Source: Acidobacteriota bacterium
GTDB lineage: Bacteria; Acidobacteriota; Blastocatellia; Pyrinomonadales; Pyrinomonadaceae
Direction of reading: 5' to 3'
Assembly: GCA_019242475.1 (NCBI GenBank)
Contig: JAFAVK010000078.1
Location: 18,809-82,808, forward strand
DNA: 64,000 bases
The notes beneath the pieces were generated by a model, which saw only the letters and a program-made list of their open reading frames with translations, was not told where the DNA came from and searched no databases. Position numbers and translations under genes: made by a program. Numbering within the stretch: position 1 is the stretch's first letter; each line of letters opens with the position of its first letter. This document shows positions 52,303 through 60,519 of the stretch, in pieces.

Positions 52303-54849
52303 TTGATCGCATCTGAGTTACAGCGCCTGATTGAGGAGACGTTCTCCTATTCAAACACCCGCCCGTCGGGCACGGGCGGGCGCGGGTCGGGTTTGACCGC
52401 CCACCCCGATCTAACCATCGCCGAATTCGACCCGGGGCCGTCCCTGCTGCGCTTGGCCTCGAAGGTGTATGTGCCCGGCGACGCGGCGCAGCTCGCCGGC
52501 CGGGTGAGACGAATCGGTGCGCTCTGCGGCAGGTTCAGGAAACTTTACGGGGACGGCCCCGTGAGGGTGCTCCGCGTGCCCGCGAGGATCAACATCCTCG
52601 GCGAGCACGTCGATTACGTCTCCTACATCCCGACGGCTTCGCTGCCCTTCGGTAGCCGCGAGCACGACATGCTCATGGCCTACCGCGCCGCCCAAGACGG
52701 CTCGGTGCGAGGGGCCTCGACGCTCGAAGAGTACGAGCCGTTCAGTTTCTCTCTGGCCGAGAGCGGGCTGCCGCCGGGCGCGGGGGCCGAGGGGTGGCCG
52801 TCATACCTGCAACAGGTCAAGCAGCCCGCGCCGCACTGGAGCAACTACGTGAAGGGCGCCGCCTACTTTGCCGCGGCGAAGTACGGCGGGCGGCTGCGGC
52901 GCGGCTGCGAGTTCGTGGTGGACTCCGGCATCCCGCCGAGCGGCGGGGCCTCGTCGTCTTCGGCGCTGATCGTGCTCGCGGGCGCGGCCATCAGGGAGGC
53001 CAACGGCCTCGCCTACGGGGCCGAGGAGTTGGCGCTCGACTCGTCGCAGGCGGAATGGTTCGTGGGCACGCGCGGCGGGGCGATGGATCACCTGACGATC
53101 TGCCTCGCGAGGGACGGTCACGCCGTCCACATCCCCTACCTGGGGCCGCGCGTGAGCGTCGTCCCCGTGCCGCACAGCGCCCGGTTCCGCTGGGTCACGT
53201 TCTTCTCCCACCCGGCCGACAAGGGGCGGGAGGTGATGCTCGGGTATAACGAGCGCGCGGTCGTCTCGCGCCTGCTCATCCCGGCGATCATCGAGGGCTG
53301 GAAGTCGGAAGCGCCGTCTCTCGACGACGCGTGGGTGCGGGCCGTCGAGGCGTTCGGCGAAGACCCCTGCGGCGCGCACGGCCTCGAAGGCTTTCTCGAA
53401 AGGCTGCCCGAGTCCCTGATGCTCGCCGAAGTCGAAACCTCTTACCCGGAGGCGTACCGCCGCTGCCTGCTCGACTTCCCCGCCCTCGTGCATGAGCGCC
53501 GGGACGAGCCGCTGCGGGTTCGTCCGCTCGCGCTGCATCACGCGGGCGAGGCGAGGCGCGTGGCGGCGGCCGTCAAACTCCTCGAAGGCGCGGCCGGGGG
53601 CGGCGCGGGCGAGGCCGACTCTCTAATGCACGCGGTCGGCGCGCTGCTCGACGAGAGTCACAGGAGCCTGCGCGACAACTACGGCGTGAGCACGCCCGAG
53701 GTCGAGGCGCTGGTCGAGACCGTCCGTTCGGACGCGGGTGTCTACGGCGCGAGGCTGATGGGTGGGGGTTTTGGCGGAAACGTCCTTGCGCTGACGGCCG
53801 CCGGGAACGTGTCGGCGCTCGTCGAGCGCGTACAGAGCGGCTACTACGCCCCGCGCGGGCGCGAGGCGGCGCGCGAGGGCTCGGTCATGATCTCGACGCC
53901 GGGCGAGGGGCTGGCGCACCTCGACCCCGAGCGCGCGTGGCGTGAGGGCGTCGAAGAGTTCAACATGCTCCCGGCGGCGTCGGACGAAGAGCGCCGCCGC
54001 TGCGGGGAGTTACTCGCACGCGCGGCGGGCACTGTCAATCCCTTGGAGGTCTGGCCCGTCGTCGTCGCCGCCGGCAAAGGCGCGCGCGCGCAGGCGTCGG
54101 GGCTCGACGTGCCGAAGCCGCTGGCGGAGGTGTGCGGCGTCCCGTCCATCGTGCGCGTGCTGCGCAACGTGCGGGCCGGGCTCGGCGCGACCCGCACGCC
54201 CGTCGTCATCGTCTCGCCCGAGACCGAAGGCCCCGTGCGCGCCGCGCTCGAAGGCGAGGACGTTCATTTCGTCACGCAGGCCGAGGCGCTCGGGACGGGC
54301 GACGCGGTGCTGCGCGCGCGCGAACTGATGAAGGACTTCGACGGGCGGGCGCTCGTCGTCTGGGGCACGCAGCCCGTCATACGCCCCGAGACGTACCGGC
54401 GCGCGGCGGCGCTGGCCGCGCTCTTCGGCGAGTACGCGATGGTCTTCCCGACGGCCCTGAAGGAGTCGCCGTACGCGCCGGTCGCGCGGGACGAAGGGGG
54501 GCGCATCACGGGCGCGCGTGAGACGCACCTTGAAGGGGCCGAGCGACCGCCGCTCGGCGAGACCAACGTCGGCCTGTTCATGCTTAAGAGCGAGGAGATG
54601 TTCGAGGCCCTTGCCGAACTGCGCCGCCTCCATTGGCGCGAGGGCGAGCGACGCTACGAACGGGCGGGCGGCGAGTTGGGCTTCCCGAACGAGATGGTCA
54701 AACACTTCGCCGGAAGGCCCGCGGGCGTCTTCGCCTGCGCGTTCGCCGACCCACGCGAGGAGCAGGGCATCAAGACGCTCGCGGACGTTGCGCGCTGCGA
54801 GCAGTTCATACGCGAGTTCGAATGCGAAGAGAAGGGCTTGGAGGCTTAA
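52303..54849 (+). CDS. Bifunctional fusion: galactokinase-like GHMP sugar-1-kinase (N) + GlmU/RmlA-like sugar-1-phosphate nucleotidylyltransferase (C)
   Basis: 848 aa. GHMP motifs RVPARINILGEHVDYV, GIPPSGGASSSSALIV, GARLMGGGFGGNVLAL and the GalK-type Asp context GTRGGAMDH. From about residue 583: VVVAAGKGARA...PKPL, QAEALGTGDAV, VVWGTQPVIRPET, NVGLFMLKS. The TTG start at 52303 is uncertain. The in-frame GTG codons near 52465 are alternatives. Confidence 0.85.
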   Translation: MIASELQRLIEETFSYSNTRPSGTGGRGSGLTAHPDLTIAEFDPGPSLLRLASKVYVPGDAAQLAGRVRRIGALCGRFRKLYGDGPVRVLRVPARINILGEHVDYVSYIPTASLPFGSREHDMLMAYRAAQDGSVRGASTLEEYEPFSFSLAESGLPPGAGAEGWPSYLQQVKQPAPHWSNYVKGAAYFAAAKYGGRLRRGCEFVVDSGIPPSGGASSSSALIVLAGAAIREANGLAYGAEELALDSSQAEWFVGTRGGAMDHLTICLARDGHAVHIPYLGPRVSVVPVPHSARFRWVTFFSHPADKGREVMLGYNERAVVSRLLIPAIIEGWKSEAPSLDDAWVRAVEAFGEDPCGAHGLEGFLERLPESLMLAEVETSYPEAYRRCLLDFPALVHERRDEPLRVRPLALHHAGEARRVAAAVKLLEGAAGGGAGEADSLMHAVGALLDESHRSLRDNYGVSTPEVEALVETVRSDAGVYGARLMGGGFGGNVLALTAAGNVSALVERVQSGYYAPRGREAAREGSVMISTPGEGLAHLDPERAWREGVEEFNMLPAASDEERRRCGELLARAAGTVNPLEVWPVVVAAGKGARAQASGLDVPKPLAEVCGVPSIVRVLRNVRAGLGATRTPVVIVSPETEGPVRAALEGEDVHFVTQAEALGTGDAVLRARELMKDFDGRALVVWGTQPVIRPETYRRAAALAALFGEYAMVFPTALKESPYAPVARDEGGRITGARETHLEGAERPPLGETNVGLFMLKSEEMFEALAELRRLHWREGERRYERAGGELGFPNEMVKHFAGRPAGVFACAFADPREEQGIKTLADVARCEQFIREFECEEKGLEA

Positions 54850-54852
54850 GGG

Positions 54853-56178
54853 ATGGCGGTCGCTGACGACGCGGTGGTCGGGCGCCGGCCCGCGGGGAGG
54901 CTGCGCTGGTGGATCGGCGGGCTGCTCTTCGCCTCGACGGTCATCAACTACGTTGACCGCCAGACCCTCTCCAACCTCGCCCCCTTCCTCAAGAAGGACT
55001 ACGGCTGGACGAACACGGACTACGCGTATCTGATCATCTCCTTCCGCGTTGCTTATTCGATAGGCCAGACTCTCTGCGGCCGGCTCGTGGACAAGCTCGG
55101 CACGCGCCGCGGGCTCACGCTGTCGGTCATCTGGTACTCGGCCGCCTCGGTGCTCACGTCGCTCGCCACGGGCTTCTACAGCTTCGCGGCCTTCCGCTTC
55201 CTGCTCGGCATCGGCGAGTCGGCCAACTGGCCCGGGGCGACCAAGGCTGTCTCCGAGTGGTTCCCGAAGCGCGAGCGGGGCCTCGCGACCGCGCTCTTCG
55301 ACAGCGGCTCCTCCATCGGCGGAGCCGTCGCGCCCTTCATCGTCCTCGCCATCTACTTCCGCTGGGGCTGGCGCCCGGCCTTCGTCGTGCCGGGGCTCCT
55401 CGGCCTCCTCTGGCTCGCCGCGTGGCGCAGGTTCTACCACACGCCCGAGACGCACCCGCTCATCGGCGACGAAGAGCGCGAGATGATCCGCCGCGACAAG
55501 CTCGAAGACGAGCCCGAGTCGGGCACGCGTCCGCGCACGCGCTGGTCAACCCTCCTGAGTCTCCCGCAGACGTGGGGGACGATTGCGGCGCGCTCTTTGA
55601 CCGACCCCGTCTGGTTCTTCGTCACCGACTGGTTCCCCGTCTACCTCGTCGCCAAGGGCATCAAGCTCGAAGAGGGGCTCTTCGCCTTCTGGATACCTTT
55701 CGTCGCGGCCGACGTGGGCAACTTCTTCGGCGGCTGGGTGTCGGGCCACCTGATTAAACGCGGCTGGGCTTTGGGCGCGGCGCGCAAGGCCGTGGTCGTC
55801 TTCGGCGGCCTGGGCGTGACGGCGCTCATCCCGACAATCCTGACGACGAACCTCTTCGCCATCGCGGCGCTCTTCGGCTTCGCCACCTTCTCCTACGCCT
55901 GCTTCACGACCATCGCCAACGTGCTCCCCTCCGACCTCTTTCACAGCGAGTCGGTGGCGTCCGTGAGCGGGCTGAGCGGGACGGGCGCGGGGCTGGGGAC
56001 GATTGCGGCCTTCCTGCTCGTCGGCTATGTTTCGGACGCGCGGCAGGCCACGGGCACGCACGCCTTCGACCCCATCATCGTCGTGGCGGGACTGATCCCG
56101 CTCGTCGGCATGGCGCTCGTGCTGCTGCTCGTGCGCAACACGCGCGCCACCGACACAGGGCTCGTGCGGCGCATCTGA
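54853..56178 (+). CDS. MFS transporter, ExuT/ACS-like (paralog of 6781..8124)
   Basis: 441 aa. LRWWIGGLLFASTVINYVDRQTLSNLAP motif and 12 hydrophobic spans. GGAGG 8 nt before the ATG, 3 nt after the upstream stop. Confidence 0.85.
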   Translation: MAVADDAVVGRRPAGRLRWWIGGLLFASTVINYVDRQTLSNLAPFLKKDYGWTNTDYAYLIISFRVAYSIGQTLCGRLVDKLGTRRGLTLSVIWYSAASVLTSLATGFYSFAAFRFLLGIGESANWPGATKAVSEWFPKRERGLATALFDSGSSIGGAVAPFIVLAIYFRWGWRPAFVVPGLLGLLWLAAWRRFYHTPETHPLIGDEEREMIRRDKLEDEPESGTRPRTRWSTLLSLPQTWGTIAARSLTDPVWFFVTDWFPVYLVAKGIKLEEGLFAFWIPFVAADVGNFFGGWVSGHLIKRGWALGAARKAVVVFGGLGVTALIPTILTTNLFAIAALFGFATFSYACFTTIANVLPSDLFHSESVASVSGLSGTGAGLGTIAAFLLVGYVSDARQATGTHAFDPIIVVAGLIPLVGMALVLLLVRNTRATDTGLVRRI

Positions 56179-56188
56179 ACTCTGAAAG

Positions 56189-57535
56189 ATGAGACCACTA
56201 AAGATCGGCATCACTGGCGTGCGCGGCGTGGTCGGCGAGACCTTCACGCCGGAGCTGGCCGTCGGCTTCGCGCAAGCCTTCGGCACGTACCTGGACGGCG
56301 GGCGCATCCTCGTCAGCCGCGACACGCGCCCCTCGGGGCCGATGGCGCGCGCGGCGGTGCTCGGCGGGCTCATGGCCGCGGGCTGCGAGGTCGTTGACCT
56401 CGGCGTCTGTCCGACCCCCTCGATGCAGCTCGCCGTCGTGCGCGCGGGCGCCGAAGGGGGCATCGCGGTCACCGCGGGGCACAACCCTTCGCAGTGGAAC
56501 GCGCTCAAGTTCGTGCGCGCCGACGGGCTCTACCTCAACCCGGCGCAGGCCGAGGAACTCTTGGACATCTTCCACCAGGGCGAGTTTGCAAAGGCGACGT
56601 GGGACAGGGTCGCGCGTCGCGTCGAGGAGGCCGACGCCGTCGCCGGCCACATCGAGACCCTGCTCAAATCGTTCGACGCCGAGGCCATCCGCGCGCGGCG
56701 TTTGAAGGTGGCGGTTGACTGCTGCAACGGCGCCTGCGCGCGGCTCATCCCGCGCTGGCTCGAACAGCTCGGCTGCGAGGTGCTCGCCGTCAACGACGAC
56801 CCGACGGCGCCCTTCCCGCACAGCCCCGAGCCGAAGCCGGAGACGATGGCGCAGCTCCGCGCCGTCGTGAAAGCGGGCCGCGCCGACGTGGGGTTCGCGC
56901 ACGACGCCGACGGCGAGCGCTTAGGGATTGTGACGGAGGAGGGCACGCCGCTCTCGGAGGAGGCGACGCTCGCGCTCGCCGCCGAGATACTGCTCCCGCG
57001 GCGGCCCGGCACCGTCGTCACGAACCTCTCGACGAGCGGCGCGGTGGACATCGTCGCCGCGCGCCACAACTCAACGGTCGTCCGCACGCCCGTCGGTCAG
57101 GCTTATATTTCCGAGGCCATCGTCGAGACGGGGGCCGTGCTCGGCGGCGAGGGAAGCGGGGGCGTCTCGCTCCCCCGTGTGCACCCCACGCACGACAGCG
57201 CGGCGGCCGTCGGCCTCATCCTCGAACACCTCGCGCTCTCGGGCGAGACGGTGTCGGCGGCGGCGGCGCGGCTGCCCCGCCTCTCGATGGTCAAGCACAA
57301 CGTCAAGGTCGAGCCCAACCAGATATACTCGCTGCTGCAACGCCTGCGCGCGCAGGCCGAGCAAGAGGGGCGCGTCTCCGACCTGACCGACGGCGTCAAG
57401 TTCGAGACGGCCGGCGGCTGGCTCCACGCGCGCGCCTCGAACACCGAGTCCATGATCCGCCTCATCGCCGAGGCCCCCGAAGAGCGCTCCGCCCGCGACC
57501 TCGTGGACTGGGCGCGCGATAGATTGAAGAGATGA
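56189..57535 (+). CDS. alpha-D-phosphohexomutase-family protein, divergent copy lacking the canonical phosphoserine
   Basis: 448 aa with the four-domain PGM/PMM/GlmM layout. The active-site loop reads TAGHNP (Gly codon ggg at 56477..56479) instead of TASHNP. The metal loop is DADGER instead of DxDxDR. The sugar loop is GGEGSGG. The phosphate loop is RASNTES. Confidence 0.85.
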   Translation: MRPLKIGITGVRGVVGETFTPELAVGFAQAFGTYLDGGRILVSRDTRPSGPMARAAVLGGLMAAGCEVVDLGVCPTPSMQLAVVRAGAEGGIAVTAGHNPSQWNALKFVRADGLYLNPAQAEELLDIFHQGEFAKATWDRVARRVEEADAVAGHIETLLKSFDAEAIRARRLKVAVDCCNGACARLIPRWLEQLGCEVLAVNDDPTAPFPHSPEPKPETMAQLRAVVKAGRADVGFAHDADGERLGIVTEEGTPLSEEATLALAAEILLPRRPGTVVTNLSTSGAVDIVAARHNSTVVRTPVGQAYISEAIVETGAVLGGEGSGGVSLPRVHPTHDSAAAVGLILEHLALSGETVSAAAARLPRLSMVKHNVKVEPNQIYSLLQRLRAQAEQEGRVSDLTDGVKFETAGGWLHARASNTESMIRLIAEAPEERSARDLVDWARDRLKR

Positions 57536-58893
57536 GAGCGATTCCGACACTGAAGATCAGCATCTCGGGCGTGCGGGGCGTGGTCGGCGATAGCTTGACG
57601 CCGACGCTGCTCGTGCGCTTCGCGCAGGCGTTCGGCACCTACGTCGGCTCGGGCACCGTCGTCATCGGCCGCGACACGCGCACGTCGGGCGAGATGGTCA
57701 AGCAGACGGTCGTCGCGGGGCTCCTCTCGGCGGGCTGCCGCGTCGTGGACGTGGGCGTCTGCCCCGTCCCCACCGTGCAGGTGCTCGTGCGCCACGTCGG
57801 CGCGCAGGGCGGCATCTGCATCACGGCGAGCCACAACCCGGCGGAGTGGAACGCGCTCAAGTTCATCGGCCCCGACGGCCTCTTCCTCGGCCCCGGCCCC
57901 GCGCGCGAGCTGCTCGACATCTACCACCAGGGCGAGTACACGAAGGTCTCGGGCGCGGAGATGCGCACGGTCGAGGAACTCGAAGGTGCGACCGACGTAC
58001 ACGTCCGCGCCATCCTCGACGCGCTCGGCCCGCTCCCGGCCCGCGAGCGCAAGCTGCGCGTCGTGCTCGACTCGTGCAACGGCGCGGGCTCGGTCGTCAC
58101 GCCGCGCCTGCTCGAAGCGCTCGGGGCGGAGGTCTTCACCGTCAACACGACGCCCGACGGGCTCTTCCCGCGCCCGGCCGAGCCGCTCCCCGAAAACCTC
58201 GGCGAGTTGTGCGCGGCGGTGCGCGAGCACGGCGCCGACCTGGGGCTCGCGCAGGACATGGACGCCGACCGCCTCGCCGTCGTGGACGAGGCGGGCCGTC
58301 CCGTGGGCGAGGACTACACGCTCGTGCTCGCCGCGCTCTACGTGCTCGGGCGCGAGCCGGGGCCGGTCGTCGCGAACCTCTCCACTTCGAGCGCACTCGC
58401 CGCGGCGGCCGCGCGCTTCGGCTGCGAGTTGACGCTCTCGAAGATCGGCGAGGCGAACGTGACCGAAGAGATGCGCCGGGTCGGGGCGGTCGTCGGCGGC
58501 GAAGGCAACGGCGGCGTCATCTACCCGCGCATCAACTTCGGCCGCGACAGCCTGGTCGGCGCCGCGCTCGTCCTCCACCTGCTGGCCGAGTCGGGCCAGA
58601 CCGTCTCGGAGATTCTGGCGACGCTCCCGCCCTCCTTCGTGGTCAAGGAGAAGCTGGCCTGCCCTTCGGACAAGATCAAGGTGGCGCTGCGCATGGTCGA
58701 GCGAGAGTACGCGGGCTACCCTTCCGACCGCCGCGACGGCGTCAAGGTCTTGCTCCCCGACGGCTGGTTCCTCGTGCGCGGCTCGAACACCGAGCCGATC
58801 ATCCGCGTCGTCGCCGAAGGCCCGACCGAAGCGCGCGCGCGTGAGATCGTCGAACAGGTCTTCGCGCGCGTGCGCGTGGCGGTGACTTCTTAA
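57532..58893 (+). CDS. alpha-D-phosphohexomutase (phosphoglucosamine/phosphomanno/phosphoglucomutase type), canonical copy
   Basis: 453 aa with all four canonical loops: ITASHNP (Ser codon agc at 57829..57831), DMDADR, GGEGNGG, RGSNTEP. The start overlaps the upstream stop as ATGA (57532..57535). Confidence 0.9.
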   Translation: MRAIPTLKISISGVRGVVGDSLTPTLLVRFAQAFGTYVGSGTVVIGRDTRTSGEMVKQTVVAGLLSAGCRVVDVGVCPVPTVQVLVRHVGAQGGICITASHNPAEWNALKFIGPDGLFLGPGPARELLDIYHQGEYTKVSGAEMRTVEELEGATDVHVRAILDALGPLPARERKLRVVLDSCNGAGSVVTPRLLEALGAEVFTVNTTPDGLFPRPAEPLPENLGELCAAVREHGADLGLAQDMDADRLAVVDEAGRPVGEDYTLVLAALYVLGREPGPVVANLSTSSALAAAAARFGCELTLSKIGEANVTEEMRRVGAVVGGEGNGGVIYPRINFGRDSLVGAALVLHLLAESGQTVSEILATLPPSFVVKEKLACPSDKIKVALRMVEREYAGYPSDRRDGVKVLLPDGWFLVRGSNTEPIIRVVAEGPTEARAREIVEQVFARVRVAVTS

Positions 58894-58904
58894 CCACAGA
58901 GCCG

Positions 58905-59564
58905 ATGATTGAAGCGGTCATCTTCGACATGGACGGCGTGCTCATCGACTCCGAGCCCTTCTGGCAGGAGTCGGAGATCGAAGCCTTCGGCCGCACGGGG
59001 CTGCGCCTGACGCGCGAGATGTGCATGCAGACGATGGGCCTGCGCGTGGACGAGGTGGTCGAATACTGGCACCGCCGCCACGGTTGGGAGGGCTTCGCCG
59101 CGGGCGAGTTGGAAGAGGCGATCGTCGGCGGCGTCGAGCGGAGGATTCTTGAGAAGGGCGAGGCGATGGGGGGCGTGGAATACGCGCTCGACTTCTTTCG
59201 CGGCCGCGGCGTGAAAGTCGCGCTCGCCTCCTCCTCGGCCTACCGGCTCATCCGCGCCGTCACGGAGCGCTTCCGTCTCGCCGACAGGTTCGACTGCGTC
59301 TACTCGGCCGAGGAGGAGGAGTACGGCAAGCCGCACCCGGGCGTCTACCTGACGACGGCGCGCAGGCTCGGCGTGAAGCCCTCCGCCTGCCTCGCCATCG
59401 AAGACTCTTTCAACGGCGTGCTCGCGGCCAAGGCGGCGCGCATGAAATGCATCGCCGTCCCCGAAGAGGGCGCGCGCCGCGACCCCCGGTTTGCCATCGC
59501 CGACGTGGTGCTCGGCTCGCTCACGGAGATTGACGAAGAGGTCTGGCGCCGCCTGAGCGACTGA
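58905..59564 (+). CDS. hxpB: HAD-IA sugar phosphatase, HxpB/YniC-like
   Basis: 219 aa. FDMDGVLIDSEPFW, GLRVDEVVEYW, LASSS, YGKPHPGVYL, AIEDSFNGVLAAKAARMKCIAVP, DPRF...LGSLTE. This is near-colinear with my memory of E. coli YniC (HxpB). Confidence 0.75.
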   Translation: MIEAVIFDMDGVLIDSEPFWQESEIEAFGRTGLRLTREMCMQTMGLRVDEVVEYWHRRHGWEGFAAGELEEAIVGGVERRILEKGEAMGGVEYALDFFRGRGVKVALASSSAYRLIRAVTERFRLADRFDCVYSAEEEEYGKPHPGVYLTTARRLGVKPSACLAIEDSFNGVLAAKAARMKCIAVPEEGARRDPRFAIADVVLGSLTEIDEEVWRRLSD

Positions 59565-59576
59565 CCTTCCGAACAG

Positions 59577-60500
59577 ATGAGCTACGCAATCGGCATCGAC
59601 CTCGGCGGCACGAACATCAAGGCCGTGGCCGTCAACGAAGACGGCGACGTGCTCGCCCGAACGTCGGCGCCCACGCACGGGGACGGCGTGGCTGACGAAG
59701 ACGGCGCGGCCGTGGCGCGAAACGTCGCGCGGCAGTTGGCGGCGCTTGAGACGGAGGTCGGGCGGACGGCCGCGGCGGTCGGGCTCGCCGCGCCGGGGCT
59801 CGTGGCGCGCGACGGCCGCTCGATGGCTTCGATCAGCGGCCATCTCGAAAGCGTCGAGGGGCTCGTCTGGGCCGAATACCTCGGCGGGCGTGCGCCCGCG
59901 CTGCTCAACGACGCGCACGCCGCGCTCGTCGGCGAAGTCTGGCGCGGCGCGGCCGCGGGCGCGCGCGACGCCGTGCTGCTCACGCTCGGGACGGGCGTCG
60001 GCGGCGCGGTGCTCGCGGAGGGGCGGCTGCTGCGCGGGCACCTCGGGCGCGCGGGGCACCTCGGCCACATGTGCCTCGACGTGGACGGCGCGCGCGACAG
60101 CCTCGGCATCCCCGGCACGCTCGAAGAGGCCGTCGGCAACCGCACGCTCCCCGAGCGCTCCGCCGGGCGCTTTCGTTCGACCGCAGAACTCGTCGCGGCA
60201 TACCTCGCGGGCGACGCGGAAGCGGCGCGCGTCTGGCTGCGGTCGGTCTTCCAGCTCGCCTGCGCCGTGACGAACATCATCAACGCCTTCGACCCGGAGG
60301 TCTTCATCATCGGCGGGGGCGTGGCGCGCGCCGGGCGGGCGCTCTTCGACCCACTCGCCGAGTACCTCGACGGGATGGAGTGGCGGCCGCAAGGGCACCG
60401 CGTCCGCGTAGTGCCGGCCGCGCTCGGCGACGCGGCCGGCGCGCTCGGCGCGGCCCGCAACGCCGAGCAGTCTTCAAGCGGGAGTTCGAATCAACAGTGA
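59577..60500 (+). CDS. ROK-family sugar kinase (no HTH domain), atypical: lacks the Zn-binding Cys motif
   Basis: 307 aa. ATP site IGIDLGGTNIKAVAV. ROK signature LTLGTGVGGAVLAEGRLLRGHLGRAGHLGHM. Where ROK proteins normally carry CxCGxxGCxE this protein reads DSLGIPGTLEE. Confidence 0.8.
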   Translation: MSYAIGIDLGGTNIKAVAVNEDGDVLARTSAPTHGDGVADEDGAAVARNVARQLAALETEVGRTAAAVGLAAPGLVARDGRSMASISGHLESVEGLVWAEYLGGRAPALLNDAHAALVGEVWRGAAAGARDAVLLTLGTGVGGAVLAEGRLLRGHLGRAGHLGHMCLDVDGARDSLGIPGTLEEAVGNRTLPERSAGRFRSTAELVAAYLAGDAEAARVWLRSVFQLACAVTNIINAFDPEVFIIGGGVARAGRALFDPLAEYLDGMEWRPQGHRVRVVPAALGDAAGALGAARNAEQSSSGSSNQQ

Positions 60501-60519
60501 GACTTGAAAGGGACGCCGC

